Source of the DNA: an uncultured Candidatus Cloacimonadota bacterium | GTDB lineage: Bacteria; Cloacimonadota; Cloacimonadia; Cloacimonadales; JAJBBL01 | Length of the DNA: 64,000 nt | NCBI GenBank assembly: GCA_964490765.1 | Contig: CAZBDV010000009.1 | Location: 17,777-81,776, forward strand | Direction of reading: 5' to 3' | Shown: one piece after another, positions 48,499-58,111 of the stretch | How positions within the stretch are numbered: position 1 is the first letter of the stretch | Layout of the letters: every line of letters starts with the position of its first letter | Notes under the pieces: generated by a model | Seen by the model: only the letters and a program-made list of their open reading frames with translations | Told to the model about the DNA's origin: nothing | The model's database searches: none | Position numbers and translations under genes: made by a program

Positions 48499-49543
48499 CA
48501 GAAGCTCTTATCGCTATAGCTTGCCACCAGAATTAATCGCCCAATATCCTCCAGACCAGAGAGAGCATTGTCGTCTCCTTTATCTGAACAGAAAAAGCGG
48601 TTCGGTTTCTCATTATAGCTTCACCGATATCGGAGAGTTTCTGAAAGCTGGAGACGTTCTGGTTCTGAATACTACCAAAGTCATCCCGGCAAGGTTAAAG
48701 GGTGAAAAAGAGAGTGGTGGAGCAGTAGAAGTCCTGTTAATTAAAGAATTGAAGCCTGGTCGCTGGGAATGTCTCGTCAGACCGGGTAACAGGTTAAAAA
48801 CGGGAAGGAAGATCCTCTTTTCCAAATCATTGCAAGGTATCATATCAGACCACCTTTCAGAAGGAAGAAGAGTTATCGATTTCCAGCATAGTGATGACTT
48901 CTGGGAAATAGTCAATGAACTGGGAGAGATGCCACTTCCCCCTTACATCAAGAGAAAAGCTGTCAGTAGTGATGATCATAACTATCAGACTGTCTATGCC
49001 ACAGAGCGAGGCTCCGCTGCAGCCCCAACAGCAGGACTCCACTTTACTCCAAAAATCCTGCAGGAACTCCATCTAAAAGGAATTATAATAGTAAGCCTGT
49101 TACTTCATATCGGGCTGGATACCTTCCGCCCTGTAAAGGTAGATAATATCCTTGAACATAAGATGCACAGCGAGTTCTGCTCCATTTCCGAACAGACAGC
49201 CGATAGCATTAATAAGGCTAAAAAAGAAGGACGACGAGTCATTGCAGTAGGCACAACCTCGGTCAGAACTTTGGAGAGCTTTGCAGTCAAAAATGCCAAC
49301 CATCCGGATAATGCAGCGACATACATCTCGTCTGGCTCTAAATGGACTGAACTCTTTATCTATCCCGGTTACGAGCTCAAGATCGTGGATGGATTGATCA
49401 CCAACTTTCATCTTCCGGAATCGACTCTCCTGATGCTCGTTTCCGCTATCGGTGGATATAATAATATCAGAAAGGCTTATGACCTCGCTGTGCAGGAACG
49501 TTACCGTTTCTTCAGCTATGGCGATGCGATGCTAATTCTATGA
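48485..49543 (+). CDS. queA: S-adenosylmethionine:tRNA ribosyltransferase-isomerase
   Basis: YSLPPELIAQYP, PLPPYI, GLHFT, VGTTS.RTLES, and FFSYGDAMLI. The ATG at 48485 is preferred over the track start at 48449. Confidence 0.92.
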   Translation: MSLTNRSSYRYSLPPELIAQYPPDQREHCRLLYLNRKSGSVSHYSFTDIGEFLKAGDVLVLNTTKVIPARLKGEKESGGAVEVLLIKELKPGRWECLVRPGNRLKTGRKILFSKSLQGIISDHLSEGRRVIDFQHSDDFWEIVNELGEMPLPPYIKRKAVSSDDHNYQTVYATERGSAAAPTAGLHFTPKILQELHLKGIIIVSLLLHIGLDTFRPVKVDNILEHKMHSEFCSISEQTADSINKAKKEGRRVIAVGTTSVRTLESFAVKNANHPDNAATYISSGSKWTELFIYPGYELKIVDGLITNFHLPESTLLMLVSAIGGYNNIRKAYDLAVQERYRFFSYGDAMLIL

Positions 49544-50289
49544 AAGAGATTCCTTTTTTTGACCAGAGACTAGATTACAAGAAGATCAGCAGTACCTTCA
49601 GCGAAGCGCGGAAACTGATCCTGAACAGGGAAGTTCAGGGAAATTTCTTGCTCGTGACAGAAACACAAACAGCAGGGAAAGGCAGGAATACAAATCACTG
49701 GTTCTCTCCTGGTGGTGGACTGTGGTTCACTGCTGGCTTCTATAACCTCCCGCTCAGAAGTTCACTCACATTATATCTGGCTATCTGTATAACTCAGTCG
49801 ATCAACGAACTCTTCCCGGAGACTACAGGTGAACTGGCTGTAAAGTGGCCCAACGATCTGATGCTTCAGAACAAAAAATTAGGGGGGATACTTACTTCAG
49901 CCTTTCCTGATTTGAAATATATTATTTCCGGTATCGGTCTTAATACCAACAACAGGGAATTCCCACCTGAACTGCAGAACATAGCTGTTTCACTGGCTTA
50001 TTATACCGGAAGGGAAATAGATAATGAAGATCTGCTCTCCAAAATTTTCGAGAAGTTTGCTGAAGGATTACCCGATTATCTGGATAACGAACTCCTTAAT
50101 CTTAAACCACTCTATGACAGGGATTTTTCTTATCTGAAAGATAAAAAAGTTATTCTGCAGACCGACTATGAAGAATTTATCGGCAGAGTAAAGGGTATCA
50201 ATCAGAAAGGTGCTCTGATTCTGCAACTGGAAAACGGTAGTTTTCAACCGTTTTACAGCGGCTCGATCACCTGGATAGAAGATAATTAG
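49540..50289 (+). CDS. birA: Biotin--[acetyl-CoA-carboxylase] ligase (no N-terminal HTH)
   Basis: TQTAGKGRNTNHWFSPGGGLWFT and KWPNDL...KLGGIL. Confidence 0.88.
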   Translation: MKEIPFFDQRLDYKKISSTFSEARKLILNREVQGNFLLVTETQTAGKGRNTNHWFSPGGGLWFTAGFYNLPLRSSLTLYLAICITQSINELFPETTGELAVKWPNDLMLQNKKLGGILTSAFPDLKYIISGIGLNTNNREFPPELQNIAVSLAYYTGREIDNEDLLSKIFEKFAEGLPDYLDNELLNLKPLYDRDFSYLKDKKVILQTDYEEFIGRVKGINQKGALILQLENGSFQPFYSGSITWIEDN

Positions 50290-51677
50290 AAGACTCTATC
50301 TTCAACCAGAGTTACATTGAAGAGGAAAGCCGGCTCTCTCGCTTCCAGCTTTACATTTCCTTTAATAATCACTTCCTCACCAAAACGGATATCTCCAATA
50401 ACCTCCAGACGTTGGCATTCCTTTAAGGAAGGAGCACCATCAGGAAATCTCTTTCGTAAATCATCTATCGTGCTGTAATATCTTTCATCGAGAATGACTG
50501 TTGGTGCCTGCCTGCAGCTCTTATCCAAAACTATCCTGTAATCATCGGTAAGTTGGTAAGCATCCGACCAGATTGTGAGTAGATCATTCGTTTTCTTAAC
50601 TGGAGCGAACCTCTCTCGCGGTACTATTAACGCCTTTGAGTTAGCGAACATACTTATTGCTGCGCCCATAGCTGTCTCGATTTGAATGACCGGCGTGCCG
50701 TCTACTACTTTATCGTTACGTATCAGTGGTAGTAGAAAGAGATTGTTGTTCTCTTCCATATACTTTTTTAAAATCTTAAGATTAATCCAGAGATTGTTGG
50801 TATTGAAATAACGATATAAATCTATATCCTGGAACTCATCAATTTCATCTTCCGGACATTGAGCTACCTCTCTTAAAACAAGTTGATTGGCAAAATTCTG
50901 GGCGAGATGACCACCCTTCTTATCTGTCTCCGTCCTTCTGCAGACCTCCATCAAAAATGGAATCTCATTCTCTATCATATAATTGAGTATCTTCTCGTCA
51001 GCTACCGCACCAAGATTATCGGAATTGGAGATGAAGGCATATTCTATATCAGATTCCAGTAGCCTCCGTAACACTCCCGATATTATCATCGCCATGTAGA
51101 TATCTCCATGACCGGGTGGATTCCAGTTCCGATTACTATCAACAGGATGCTTAAACGGTTGCATTGTCTCCTTTGTTATCCTCGGATATTTGTTCTGGGT
51201 AAAACTATAGGGAACATTGAAGAGCCCTAAGTTAGGATATTTTTCCAGATATCTCAATGTGTCTTCATTTGTGTTAAAACTGTTCATAAAGATCAGAGGT
51301 ATCTTTTTGCCGGTTCTTCCCCGGAAATCTAAAACCTGCTTCGTTATTATATCCAGAAAATTGAAGTTGTCTTTGACTGGCAAGAGCGATTTTGCCCCTT
51401 TCAAACCCATTGAAGTTCCCAATCCGCCATTTAGTTTGATTATTACAAGTCTGTCCAGATTCTCGCGTGTTGTATGCTTTAAATCATCAAAATCTACCAG
51501 ATTAGACTCTTCTGGAGGTTCTATTTCTGACCTGGTCATCTTACCGGTAATTCCCAAAATCACCTGATGCAGATAGTAGAGAAAGGTCTCTATTATGAGG
51601 TCATTTAACCCCTCATTCTTCATTATCTGACGATACTCATTGAGTAATTTACTGTGTGATACTGTCGTCTCTGGCAT
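50286..51677 (-). CDS. UTP--glucose-1-phosphate uridylyltransferase, eukaryotic-type (UDPGP family)
   Basis: IKLNGGLGTSMGLKGAKSLLPV, NSFNT, PPGHGD. GGAGG RBS before the ATG at 51677. The track start at 51740 is rejected. Confidence 0.8.
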   Translation of the reverse strand: MPETTVSHSKLLNEYRQIMKNEGLNDLIIETFLYYLHQVILGITGKMTRSEIEPPEESNLVDFDDLKHTTRENLDRLVIIKLNGGLGTSMGLKGAKSLLPVKDNFNFLDIITKQVLDFRGRTGKKIPLIFMNSFNTNEDTLRYLEKYPNLGLFNVPYSFTQNKYPRITKETMQPFKHPVDSNRNWNPPGHGDIYMAMIISGVLRRLLESDIEYAFISNSDNLGAVADEKILNYMIENEIPFLMEVCRRTETDKKGGHLAQNFANQLVLREVAQCPEDEIDEFQDIDLYRYFNTNNLWINLKILKKYMEENNNLFLLPLIRNDKVVDGTPVIQIETAMGAAISMFANSKALIVPRERFAPVKKTNDLLTIWSDAYQLTDDYRIVLDKSCRQAPTVILDERYYSTIDDLRKRFPDGAPSLKECQRLEVIGDIRFGEEVIIKGNVKLEAREPAFLFNVTLVEDRVF

Positions 51678-51793
51678 ATCAACCTCCGAAATAAAAACTA
51701 TGAATGTATGTCTAAATAACTTAGCAGAACAGGTCAACAAAAAACGACTATTTCTTGCCCTTATCCCAGATTCCCGGTGACTGATCGCTTTTA

Positions 51794-54055
51794 TTACTTC
51801 AAAAGTATCATCTTTTTGCTGTCTCTCTCCCCTGAACTCTCAAGGCTGTAAAAATAGATACCACTTGCGACAGAATTGCCTTTATTACATCTACCATCCC
51901 AGATAACATTATGCTCACCCTCTTCTAAAGAGCTGTCCAGGAGAGTTCTGATTAACCTTCCTCCCAGATCATATATTTTGATAGTAGCTCTCCCCTCATT
52001 TCTGAGTGTGAATGTTATTGTTGTTTCCGGATTGAACGGATTGGGATAATTACCCTTGAGTTGTGATATGTATTCGGTAGCATAAGGGTAATCTATATCA
52101 ACACCCTTGTATACAAACTCGATAGTGGCAATTTCTGAAGCTCCATACTCATATACAGCCTGAACACCGGCAATATATTCCTGATTTACTACCAGATCTT
52201 CAAACTGATAAAAAGTCTCCTCTGTTATCTCGACCAGTACATCATCAAGGTAGATGTTATATTCGAGCAGTTCCAGCCTCCGGTTACCCTTTTTCCGATT
52301 AACTGTCTCGGTCATACGGACTTCAGGTTCCTCCCAGGTAAAGAGCCCGGTATCATCTTCAACTTGCAGATTTGTTGGAGCTGGGAATTCTGGCATCAGC
52401 ACTTCCAGTTCAACAGAAATACTGATCTGTTCACCTGCATTATTCTCAATCACTATGGCCGCATAATGGACAAGATCCGGTTCTAACTCCTCTGTTTCAA
52501 ATGATACCTCAACCTCCATCATCTCTCCCGGGGCAATAACGCCACTGTCAGGATCGAAGAATATCCAAGTCTGTCGCCTATCTAACAGATCATCGAAGTA
52601 AAGTTCAAAGGTCAAAGGTCCTTCTCCAACGTTTTCTATGATCAGTGATTCCGTCAGAATTTCTCCATATGTGGCAACCAGAGCATAAAACTCTGGAGAA
52701 TATGCTATCTCAGGGTCTCCGTAAGGTGAAGGGGGTGGATCTTGTAGATTATTCAGAAGATAGGGATACGTTACCTGCTCCTCTATCTGCCAGATCTCGT
52801 CAAAAACCCAGGTATAAAAAGAATTTTCCTGAACCATCTGAGATGTTGTCATTCCCTGACCACCAGCACTGTTGTTCTGGTTGGACGTATCTCTGTTCCA
52901 GTAACTTACCAGAGTCATACCACCCCTGTCATATCCGATCAGACCACCTACAGGAGGATTACCTGATACCTCCCCTACTGAATATGAATATTGTACGACA
53001 GCACCGATATAGAGTTCACCCAGAAGACCACCTACCCCGAATTGACTTGTAGAATTATTTAAACCAAAAACCGAACCGAGGGCGTAAGAATCTGATATAG
53101 TTCCGTGATTCCTGTTCTCTCCTACTAACCCGCCAACACTGGAATCTCCTGAAACATCTCCGATAGCATAACACTCAGATATCAGAGCATCATCAAGCCC
53201 TGCATTACCACCGGCCAGTCCTCCAACATTATTAGATGAACTGGTAACACTGCCGGTAGCATAACAACGCAAAATCGAACCCTTATAGTTTCTCCCAACC
53301 AGGCCGCCGGTGTATATCACACCGTTAACATTCCCCGTTGCATAAGAGTCTGTGATCAAATTATCATTCCAACCGACCAGACCACCGTAACTGTTATTGC
53401 CTGTACCGGTTACATCTGCTGTAGAATGGCTGTTCACTATTGTAGACCCTGTCCTGTTTCTCCCTACCAGTCCTCCACCATTGTTACCGAAAGCGGTTAT
53501 ACTGCCGTGAGTTTGACAGCTGTCTATAGTGCCCAGATTATTCTCTCCGGCTATTCCACCCACTCCGTTCTGTCCGGAGATATTACCATTGACAGAACAG
53601 CCAACAAGCGTTCCTCTATTATTGCCAACCAGTCCGGCTGTGAGAGAATAACCATTAATATTCGCGTTTTCGATATGTAGATTACTGACCTGACCGAGTA
53701 GGCCTATTACTCCAAAAAGCCCCATGTACCAGCTATCCGGCCTGTCGATAAAGAGATTATTGATAACAAAACCATCTCCGTCAAAGTACCCCGTAAAATT
53801 GTTAGCTGCACTTCCCAAAGGAAGCCATCCCTCCTCACTGTTATAGGGTGGAACATCAAGATCGATATCGTTCATCAGTATAAAATGTTTATCACTGTTA
53901 GCATCACCGAGATAGTCTCTAACCAGATCGAGGTGATCCGGTGTAGTAATCTGCCAGGGATTGAACTCAGAACCATCACCACCCGCAAATTGAGCATACA
54001 GCCCGACAAAACCGAACAGTAATATTATAGTCGTTATTAAACCTGTCTTCTTCAT
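51794..54055 (-). CDS. GLUG-motif repeat surface protein with T9SS-type C-terminal sorting domain
   Basis: Signal peptide. More than 10 degenerate GGLVG/GGIAG repeats (GLUG motif). The C-terminus (YPNPFNPETTITFTL...IKIYDLGGRLIRTL...GIYFYSL) is typical of T9SS CTDs. Confidence 0.85.
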   Translation of the reverse strand: MKKTGLITTIILLFGFVGLYAQFAGGDGSEFNPWQITTPDHLDLVRDYLGDANSDKHFILMNDIDLDVPPYNSEEGWLPLGSAANNFTGYFDGDGFVINNLFIDRPDSWYMGLFGVIGLLGQVSNLHIENANINGYSLTAGLVGNNRGTLVGCSVNGNISGQNGVGGIAGENNLGTIDSCQTHGSITAFGNNGGGLVGRNRTGSTIVNSHSTADVTGTGNNSYGGLVGWNDNLITDSYATGNVNGVIYTGGLVGRNYKGSILRCYATGSVTSSSNNVGGLAGGNAGLDDALISECYAIGDVSGDSSVGGLVGENRNHGTISDSYALGSVFGLNNSTSQFGVGGLLGELYIGAVVQYSYSVGEVSGNPPVGGLIGYDRGGMTLVSYWNRDTSNQNNSAGGQGMTTSQMVQENSFYTWVFDEIWQIEEQVTYPYLLNNLQDPPPSPYGDPEIAYSPEFYALVATYGEILTESLIIENVGEGPLTFELYFDDLLDRRQTWIFFDPDSGVIAPGEMMEVEVSFETEELEPDLVHYAAIVIENNAGEQISISVELEVLMPEFPAPTNLQVEDDTGLFTWEEPEVRMTETVNRKKGNRRLELLEYNIYLDDVLVEITEETFYQFEDLVVNQEYIAGVQAVYEYGASEIATIEFVYKGVDIDYPYATEYISQLKGNYPNPFNPETTITFTLRNEGRATIKIYDLGGRLIRTLLDSSLEEGEHNVIWDGRCNKGNSVASGIYFYSLESSGERDSKKMILLK

Positions 54056-54262
54056 ATACCCCTCCTTCTAGCCCTTTTATTTTAAATTCTATTATAAACA
54101 CGCAAATGTCAAGCAAATTAAACAGGCAATCTCTACCATTCCTCTACTGCTCTATTGCTTGTTATCTACCCGCTCGTGTTCATATCCTGCCCTCAACAAA
54201 TTCTGTTGACACTTATGGGAACTCACGCAGTCATAGTAATGTTAACGAAGGAGGCTTTCCCT

Positions 54263-54688
54263 ATGAAACAGATTTCTTTTCTGTGCTTATTGCTATCTCT
54301 TTTTATTATCACCTGTACCCCCCGTATGCCTGAGAGAGATAGACAGGAAGAAGCTGCACTGGATGCCACTCTTAAATGGCTTGTTCTTCTGGATACTGGT
54401 AAGTGGGATCGGAGCTGGATAGAAGCCGCTCAATCCTTCCAGGATGTTGTTGATAGAGGGGAGTGGACAGAGACTATCGAGCTTATCCGTGCACCTCTGG
54501 GTGATCTACTCTCTCGCAAAATCCTGACAATTCAATATACTGACAATCTACCTGATGCTCAGGAAGGCAAATATTTTATAATTCAGTTCGAGAGCTCTTT
54601 TGCTAATAAAGATAATGCTATCGAAACCCTACTACCTTCTCTGGAGGAAGATAAGGGTTGGCGGATATCCGGTTATTATATCCGATAA
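54263..54688 (+). CDS. DUF4019-like lipoprotein
   Basis: GAAGGAGG RBS and lipobox MKQISFLCLLLSLFIITC. LKWLVLLDTGKWDRSWIEAAQSFQ...W...R.PLG is the DUF4019 pattern as I recall it. Confidence 0.6.
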   Translation: MKQISFLCLLLSLFIITCTPRMPERDRQEEAALDATLKWLVLLDTGKWDRSWIEAAQSFQDVVDRGEWTETIELIRAPLGDLLSRKILTIQYTDNLPDAQEGKYFIIQFESSFANKDNAIETLLPSLEEDKGWRISGYYIR

Positions 54689-54944
54689 TAGCAGTATTTT
54701 TCATTCTTGTTCTGTTGATGTAACCACCATATATTTATTTTTCCCATCAAATTATCATTCAAAGCAGCTTTCAGAGGTTCTAACGGTGATGCTAGCCCCT
54801 TCTATCTTTATGAAACGAGAAAAATTTTGACGAAATAGTAAAAGCTACTATTATATCTAAACAGAACCATAAAGAATCTGTTTAAAAAGTGATTGACATT
54901 TTTTAAGCAGTTTTTTGATTGGCTCAAATTGAATGAGGAGGTAG

Positions 54945-55082
54945 ATGAAGATGAAAAATAACTTATTGAAAAATCAAGTAGTTAGTAGCCTGTATCTGCA
55001 CTTCATTCACTCCCATATCTGCAAGAACAGAGAGGTTTTTTTGGTAGAAGCTTGTGCTTTTGCCTCCAGATTGAGTTACTGA
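54945..55082 (+). CDS. Candidate 45-codon upstream ORF / small protein ahead of the polyamine operon
   Basis: GAGGAGG at 54934-54940, 4 nt before the ATG at 54945. Translation is MKMKNNLLKNQVVSSLYLHFIHSHICKNREVFLVEACAFASRLSY. Below the size cut-off of the ORF track. No homology evidence. Confidence 0.25.
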   Translation: MKMKNNLLKNQVVSSLYLHFIHSHICKNREVFLVEACAFASRLSY

Positions 55083-55174
55083 AGCATTGTTAGTATATTA
55101 CCGCAAAATTGAGACAGATATTTCTCTCTCATAATCGAAACTAAGAGAACAATATTCAGTATATGGAGGTATAA

Positions 55175-55615
55175 ATGCAAGCTTTAGGACGTCAAATACT
55201 CGTCGAATTTTACCAGTGCAATTCAGACATTCTCAAGAATGTCGAGAAGATAGAAGATGCAATGTTAACAGCTTGTCGTCTTGCCAAAGCGACGATAGTA
55301 AGACACACATTTCACGAATTCAGCCCTTTCGGTGTCAGTGGTGTGGTTGTAATAGCCGAATCGCACGTAGCTATACACACCTGGCCTGAGTACAATTACG
55401 CAGCCGTAGATATCTTTACCTGTGGTGAGACCATTGACCCCTGGGTAATCTTCAAGTATCTTGAAAAGCAGTTCGAATCACGCCAATCAAGCAACATGGA
55501 ATTGAAACGGGGTATGTTTGAAGTTGGTGACAGAAAGTTACTGCACAAACCCGCTAACGCTATGGAACAGGAAGAGAAAGAGCAGCCTGTTTACTCAACA
55601 GGAGAATTGGTTTGA
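55175..55615 (+). CDS. speD: S-adenosylmethionine decarboxylase proenzyme (pyruvoyl, small bacterial/archaeal class)
   Basis: GVSGVVVIAESHVAIHTWPEY holds the E-S self-cleavage site. TGGAGG RBS. Confidence 0.9.
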   Translation: MQALGRQILVEFYQCNSDILKNVEKIEDAMLTACRLAKATIVRHTFHEFSPFGVSGVVVIAESHVAIHTWPEYNYAAVDIFTCGETIDPWVIFKYLEKQFESRQSSNMELKRGMFEVGDRKLLHKPANAMEQEEKEQPVYSTGELV

Positions 55616-56082
55616 TGATGGTCAAAACACCGGACAAATACTTCTTTGCCAAAGGAACATCAGAGGGGCTTACGAGGCTTAACTCTTTTGATAGAGCTCT
55701 GATCAACTCAGGTATAGGTGACACCAATCTGGTCAGGATGAGCAGTATCGTGCCCCCTGCCAGCCGGGAGATCGAGCCGGTAAAACTACCTGGAGGAGCA
55801 CTGATCCCCGTAGCTTATGCCAGTCTGACTTCCGATATACCCGGTCAGATAATATCGGCAGCCGTAGCGATAGGCATCCCGGAAGATGATTCACTGCCCG
55901 GACTGATCATGGAGTACTCAGCAGTCCTGGAATCCGAACACGTAGAGAATTACGCTCGTGAGATGGTGATAGAGGGTTTTCGATATCGCAACCGCAAATT
56001 GAAAGAGATTAAATCGACAGTAATCTCCACCCCGGTGGAGAGTATTGCAACCGTCTTTGCCGGTGTAATCCTCTGGTATTGA
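55615..56082 (+). CDS. pdaD: Pyruvoyl-dependent arginine decarboxylase
   Basis: LNSFDRALINSGIGDTNLVRMSSIVPP includes the S-S cleavage site. Start overlaps the speD stop. Confidence 0.88.
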   Translation: MMVKTPDKYFFAKGTSEGLTRLNSFDRALINSGIGDTNLVRMSSIVPPASREIEPVKLPGGALIPVAYASLTSDIPGQIISAAVAIGIPEDDSLPGLIMEYSAVLESEHVENYAREMVIEGFRYRNRKLKEIKSTVISTPVESIATVFAGVILWY

Positions 56083-56103
56083 TACTTACTCGGAGAGGTT
56101 GAT

Positions 56104-56952
56104 ATGACTGAATTATGGTACACAGAAAAACACACGAAACATAGCGGACTGACGATGTCGGTTACACAGACTCTTCTTTCGGCTACGAGTCCCTATCAGA
56201 ATCTCCTGGTACTCGAGACACCAGAATTCGGTAGGGTAATGTTGCTCGATTCGCTCGTAATGCTGACCGAGAAGGATGAGTTCGTTTACCATGAGATGCT
56301 TGCACATCCATCGCTATATACTCATCTCAACCCGGAAAAGGTATTGATAATCGGTGGTGGTGACGGTGGTACATTGCGTGAAGTAGTCAAACATCCTTCG
56401 GTAAAAAAAGCTGTTCTGGTCGAAATTGATAAGATGGTAATCGAGGCTTCCAAGCAGTTCTTTCCACAAGTAGCTGCTGGTTTCTCCTCTCCAAAGGCAG
56501 AGGTTATCGTAACCGATGGAATCCGCTATGTAAATGAAACTACCGAACGATTCGATATCATATTGATCGACTCTACTGATCCTGTAGGTCCTGCAGAAGG
56601 GTTATTCCACAGAGATTTTTACCGGGCTTGCAATAAAATTCTTAATGATGACGGGATACTGACTACACAATCGGAAACACCTTTTTTGGAGAACTTTGCC
56701 AGTGTCATACCGGGAGTGATGAAGAATTTGCGAGACCTTTTCCCGGTCAGCAAACTCTATCTGGCCAGCATTCCAACATATCCTTCCGGACTCTGGTCCT
56801 TCAGTATGGGTAGTAAGAAATACGACCCGGAGGTTTCATTCAATCAGGAGCGTTTTTCTGAAGTCTGTTTGAACCTTTCTTACTATAATGATTCTATACA
56901 TCGGGCTGCATTTGCACTACCCAATTTCGTTCGTGACTTGATAAAAGAATAG
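56104..56952 (+). CDS. speE: Spermidine synthase (aminopropyltransferase)
   Basis: LWYTE..., YHEML.H, IIGGGDGGTLREV, and DSTDPVGPA. Confidence 0.92.
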   Translation: MTELWYTEKHTKHSGLTMSVTQTLLSATSPYQNLLVLETPEFGRVMLLDSLVMLTEKDEFVYHEMLAHPSLYTHLNPEKVLIIGGGDGGTLREVVKHPSVKKAVLVEIDKMVIEASKQFFPQVAAGFSSPKAEVIVTDGIRYVNETTERFDIILIDSTDPVGPAEGLFHRDFYRACNKILNDDGILTTQSETPFLENFASVIPGVMKNLRDLFPVSKLYLASIPTYPSGLWSFSMGSKKYDPEVSFNQERFSEVCLNLSYYNDSIHRAAFALPNFVRDLIKE

Positions 56953-56961
56953 AGATCTTAA

Positions 56962-57804
56962 ATGCCCAACTTCCTTGCTTTCGAATCCTCAATCCAAAAT
57001 GCTCAGATAGTATTTCTCGGTATCCCATTCGATGGAACTTCGGTTTTCCGGCCCGGGAGTCGTTTTGGCCCCGAAGCTGTGCGAAGCGTATCAGAAGTGC
57101 TGGAAACTTATTCTCCCTACTTGGAAAAAGATCTGTCAGAATGTAGGATATGCGATATTGGTGATATTCCACTCGTTTTCGGTAACACAGAGAAGGTTCT
57201 GAACATAATTGAAGAGCAGGCTGACGAATTGATAAATACCGGGAAAAAAATACTCGCCTGTGGTGGAGAACATCTAATCACCTATTCTCTTGTGAAAGCT
57301 TGTTTAAAGAAACATCCAGATCTGAAGCTCATCCATTTTGACGCCCATACCGACCTCAGAACCCACTATTTAGGTGAGAAGTATTCCCACTCTACTGTAA
57401 TCAGGCTCCTTACCGAATATATTGATCCGCAGGATGTATATCAATTTGGTATCCGGTCCGGAGAGAAGGAAGAGATGGATTGGGGAATGCATAATACCCG
57501 CTTCTACCCTTTCACCTTAGCAGGTTTTGCAGAAAAGATCAGCGATATAGATATCGATACTCCTATTTATCTCACTATTGATCTCGACGTACTCGATCCT
57601 GCCTGCTTTCCCGGTACAGGAACACCAGAACCAGGGGGAGTTACGTTCAACGAACTGCTTCAGGCACTCCTCTCACTCAGGAACAGGAATATCATCGGAG
57701 CTGATGTAGTAGAACTGGCTCCGGATTGTGACCAGAGCAAAATCTCGAGTATTACCGCTGCTAAGGTCATCAGAGAAGTAGCTCTCTTAATGTCTGCTGA
57801 TTGA
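56962..57804 (+). CDS. speB: Agmatinase / ureohydrolase family
   Basis: Mn-binding motifs GGEH, HFDAHTDL and DLDVLDP, plus GTGTPEPGG. Confidence 0.9.
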   Translation: MPNFLAFESSIQNAQIVFLGIPFDGTSVFRPGSRFGPEAVRSVSEVLETYSPYLEKDLSECRICDIGDIPLVFGNTEKVLNIIEEQADELINTGKKILACGGEHLITYSLVKACLKKHPDLKLIHFDAHTDLRTHYLGEKYSHSTVIRLLTEYIDPQDVYQFGIRSGEKEEMDWGMHNTRFYPFTLAGFAEKISDIDIDTPIYLTIDLDVLDPACFPGTGTPEPGGVTFNELLQALLSLRNRNIIGADVVELAPDCDQSKISSITAAKVIREVALLMSAD

Positions 57805-58111
57805 TATATTACCCTTTCGTACAACTCTCCTAATTTACGATTTAAGCTATCTTAATCTCTCTCTAATTATACGGCATAGTTCATTCTATTGATCACCACA
57901 TCCTTATTACTAGATTACTAGGATGCGACCAACCAGAAATATGGAATAATGGTTATCGTTACCCTTTGAGTTAATATTCAGCAGCTACACACAATGAAAC
58001 AATGTATTTCCTAACCAGGAGTGATGATAGCCTATCTCTTCGATTAAATTATTGACTGATTAAGGGCACTGACTTATTTGAGTCATTAAAATGACTAAAC
58101 TGGAGGTTTAC

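Noticed and set aside
57881-57925. catcct...aggatg inverted repeat enclosing a tandem attactag-attactag repeat, downstream of speB
   Set aside because: The stem is only 6 bp with a 15-nt loop and no T-tract. The direct repeat has just two 8-nt copies. This is not enough to call a terminator, riboswitch or repeat element.
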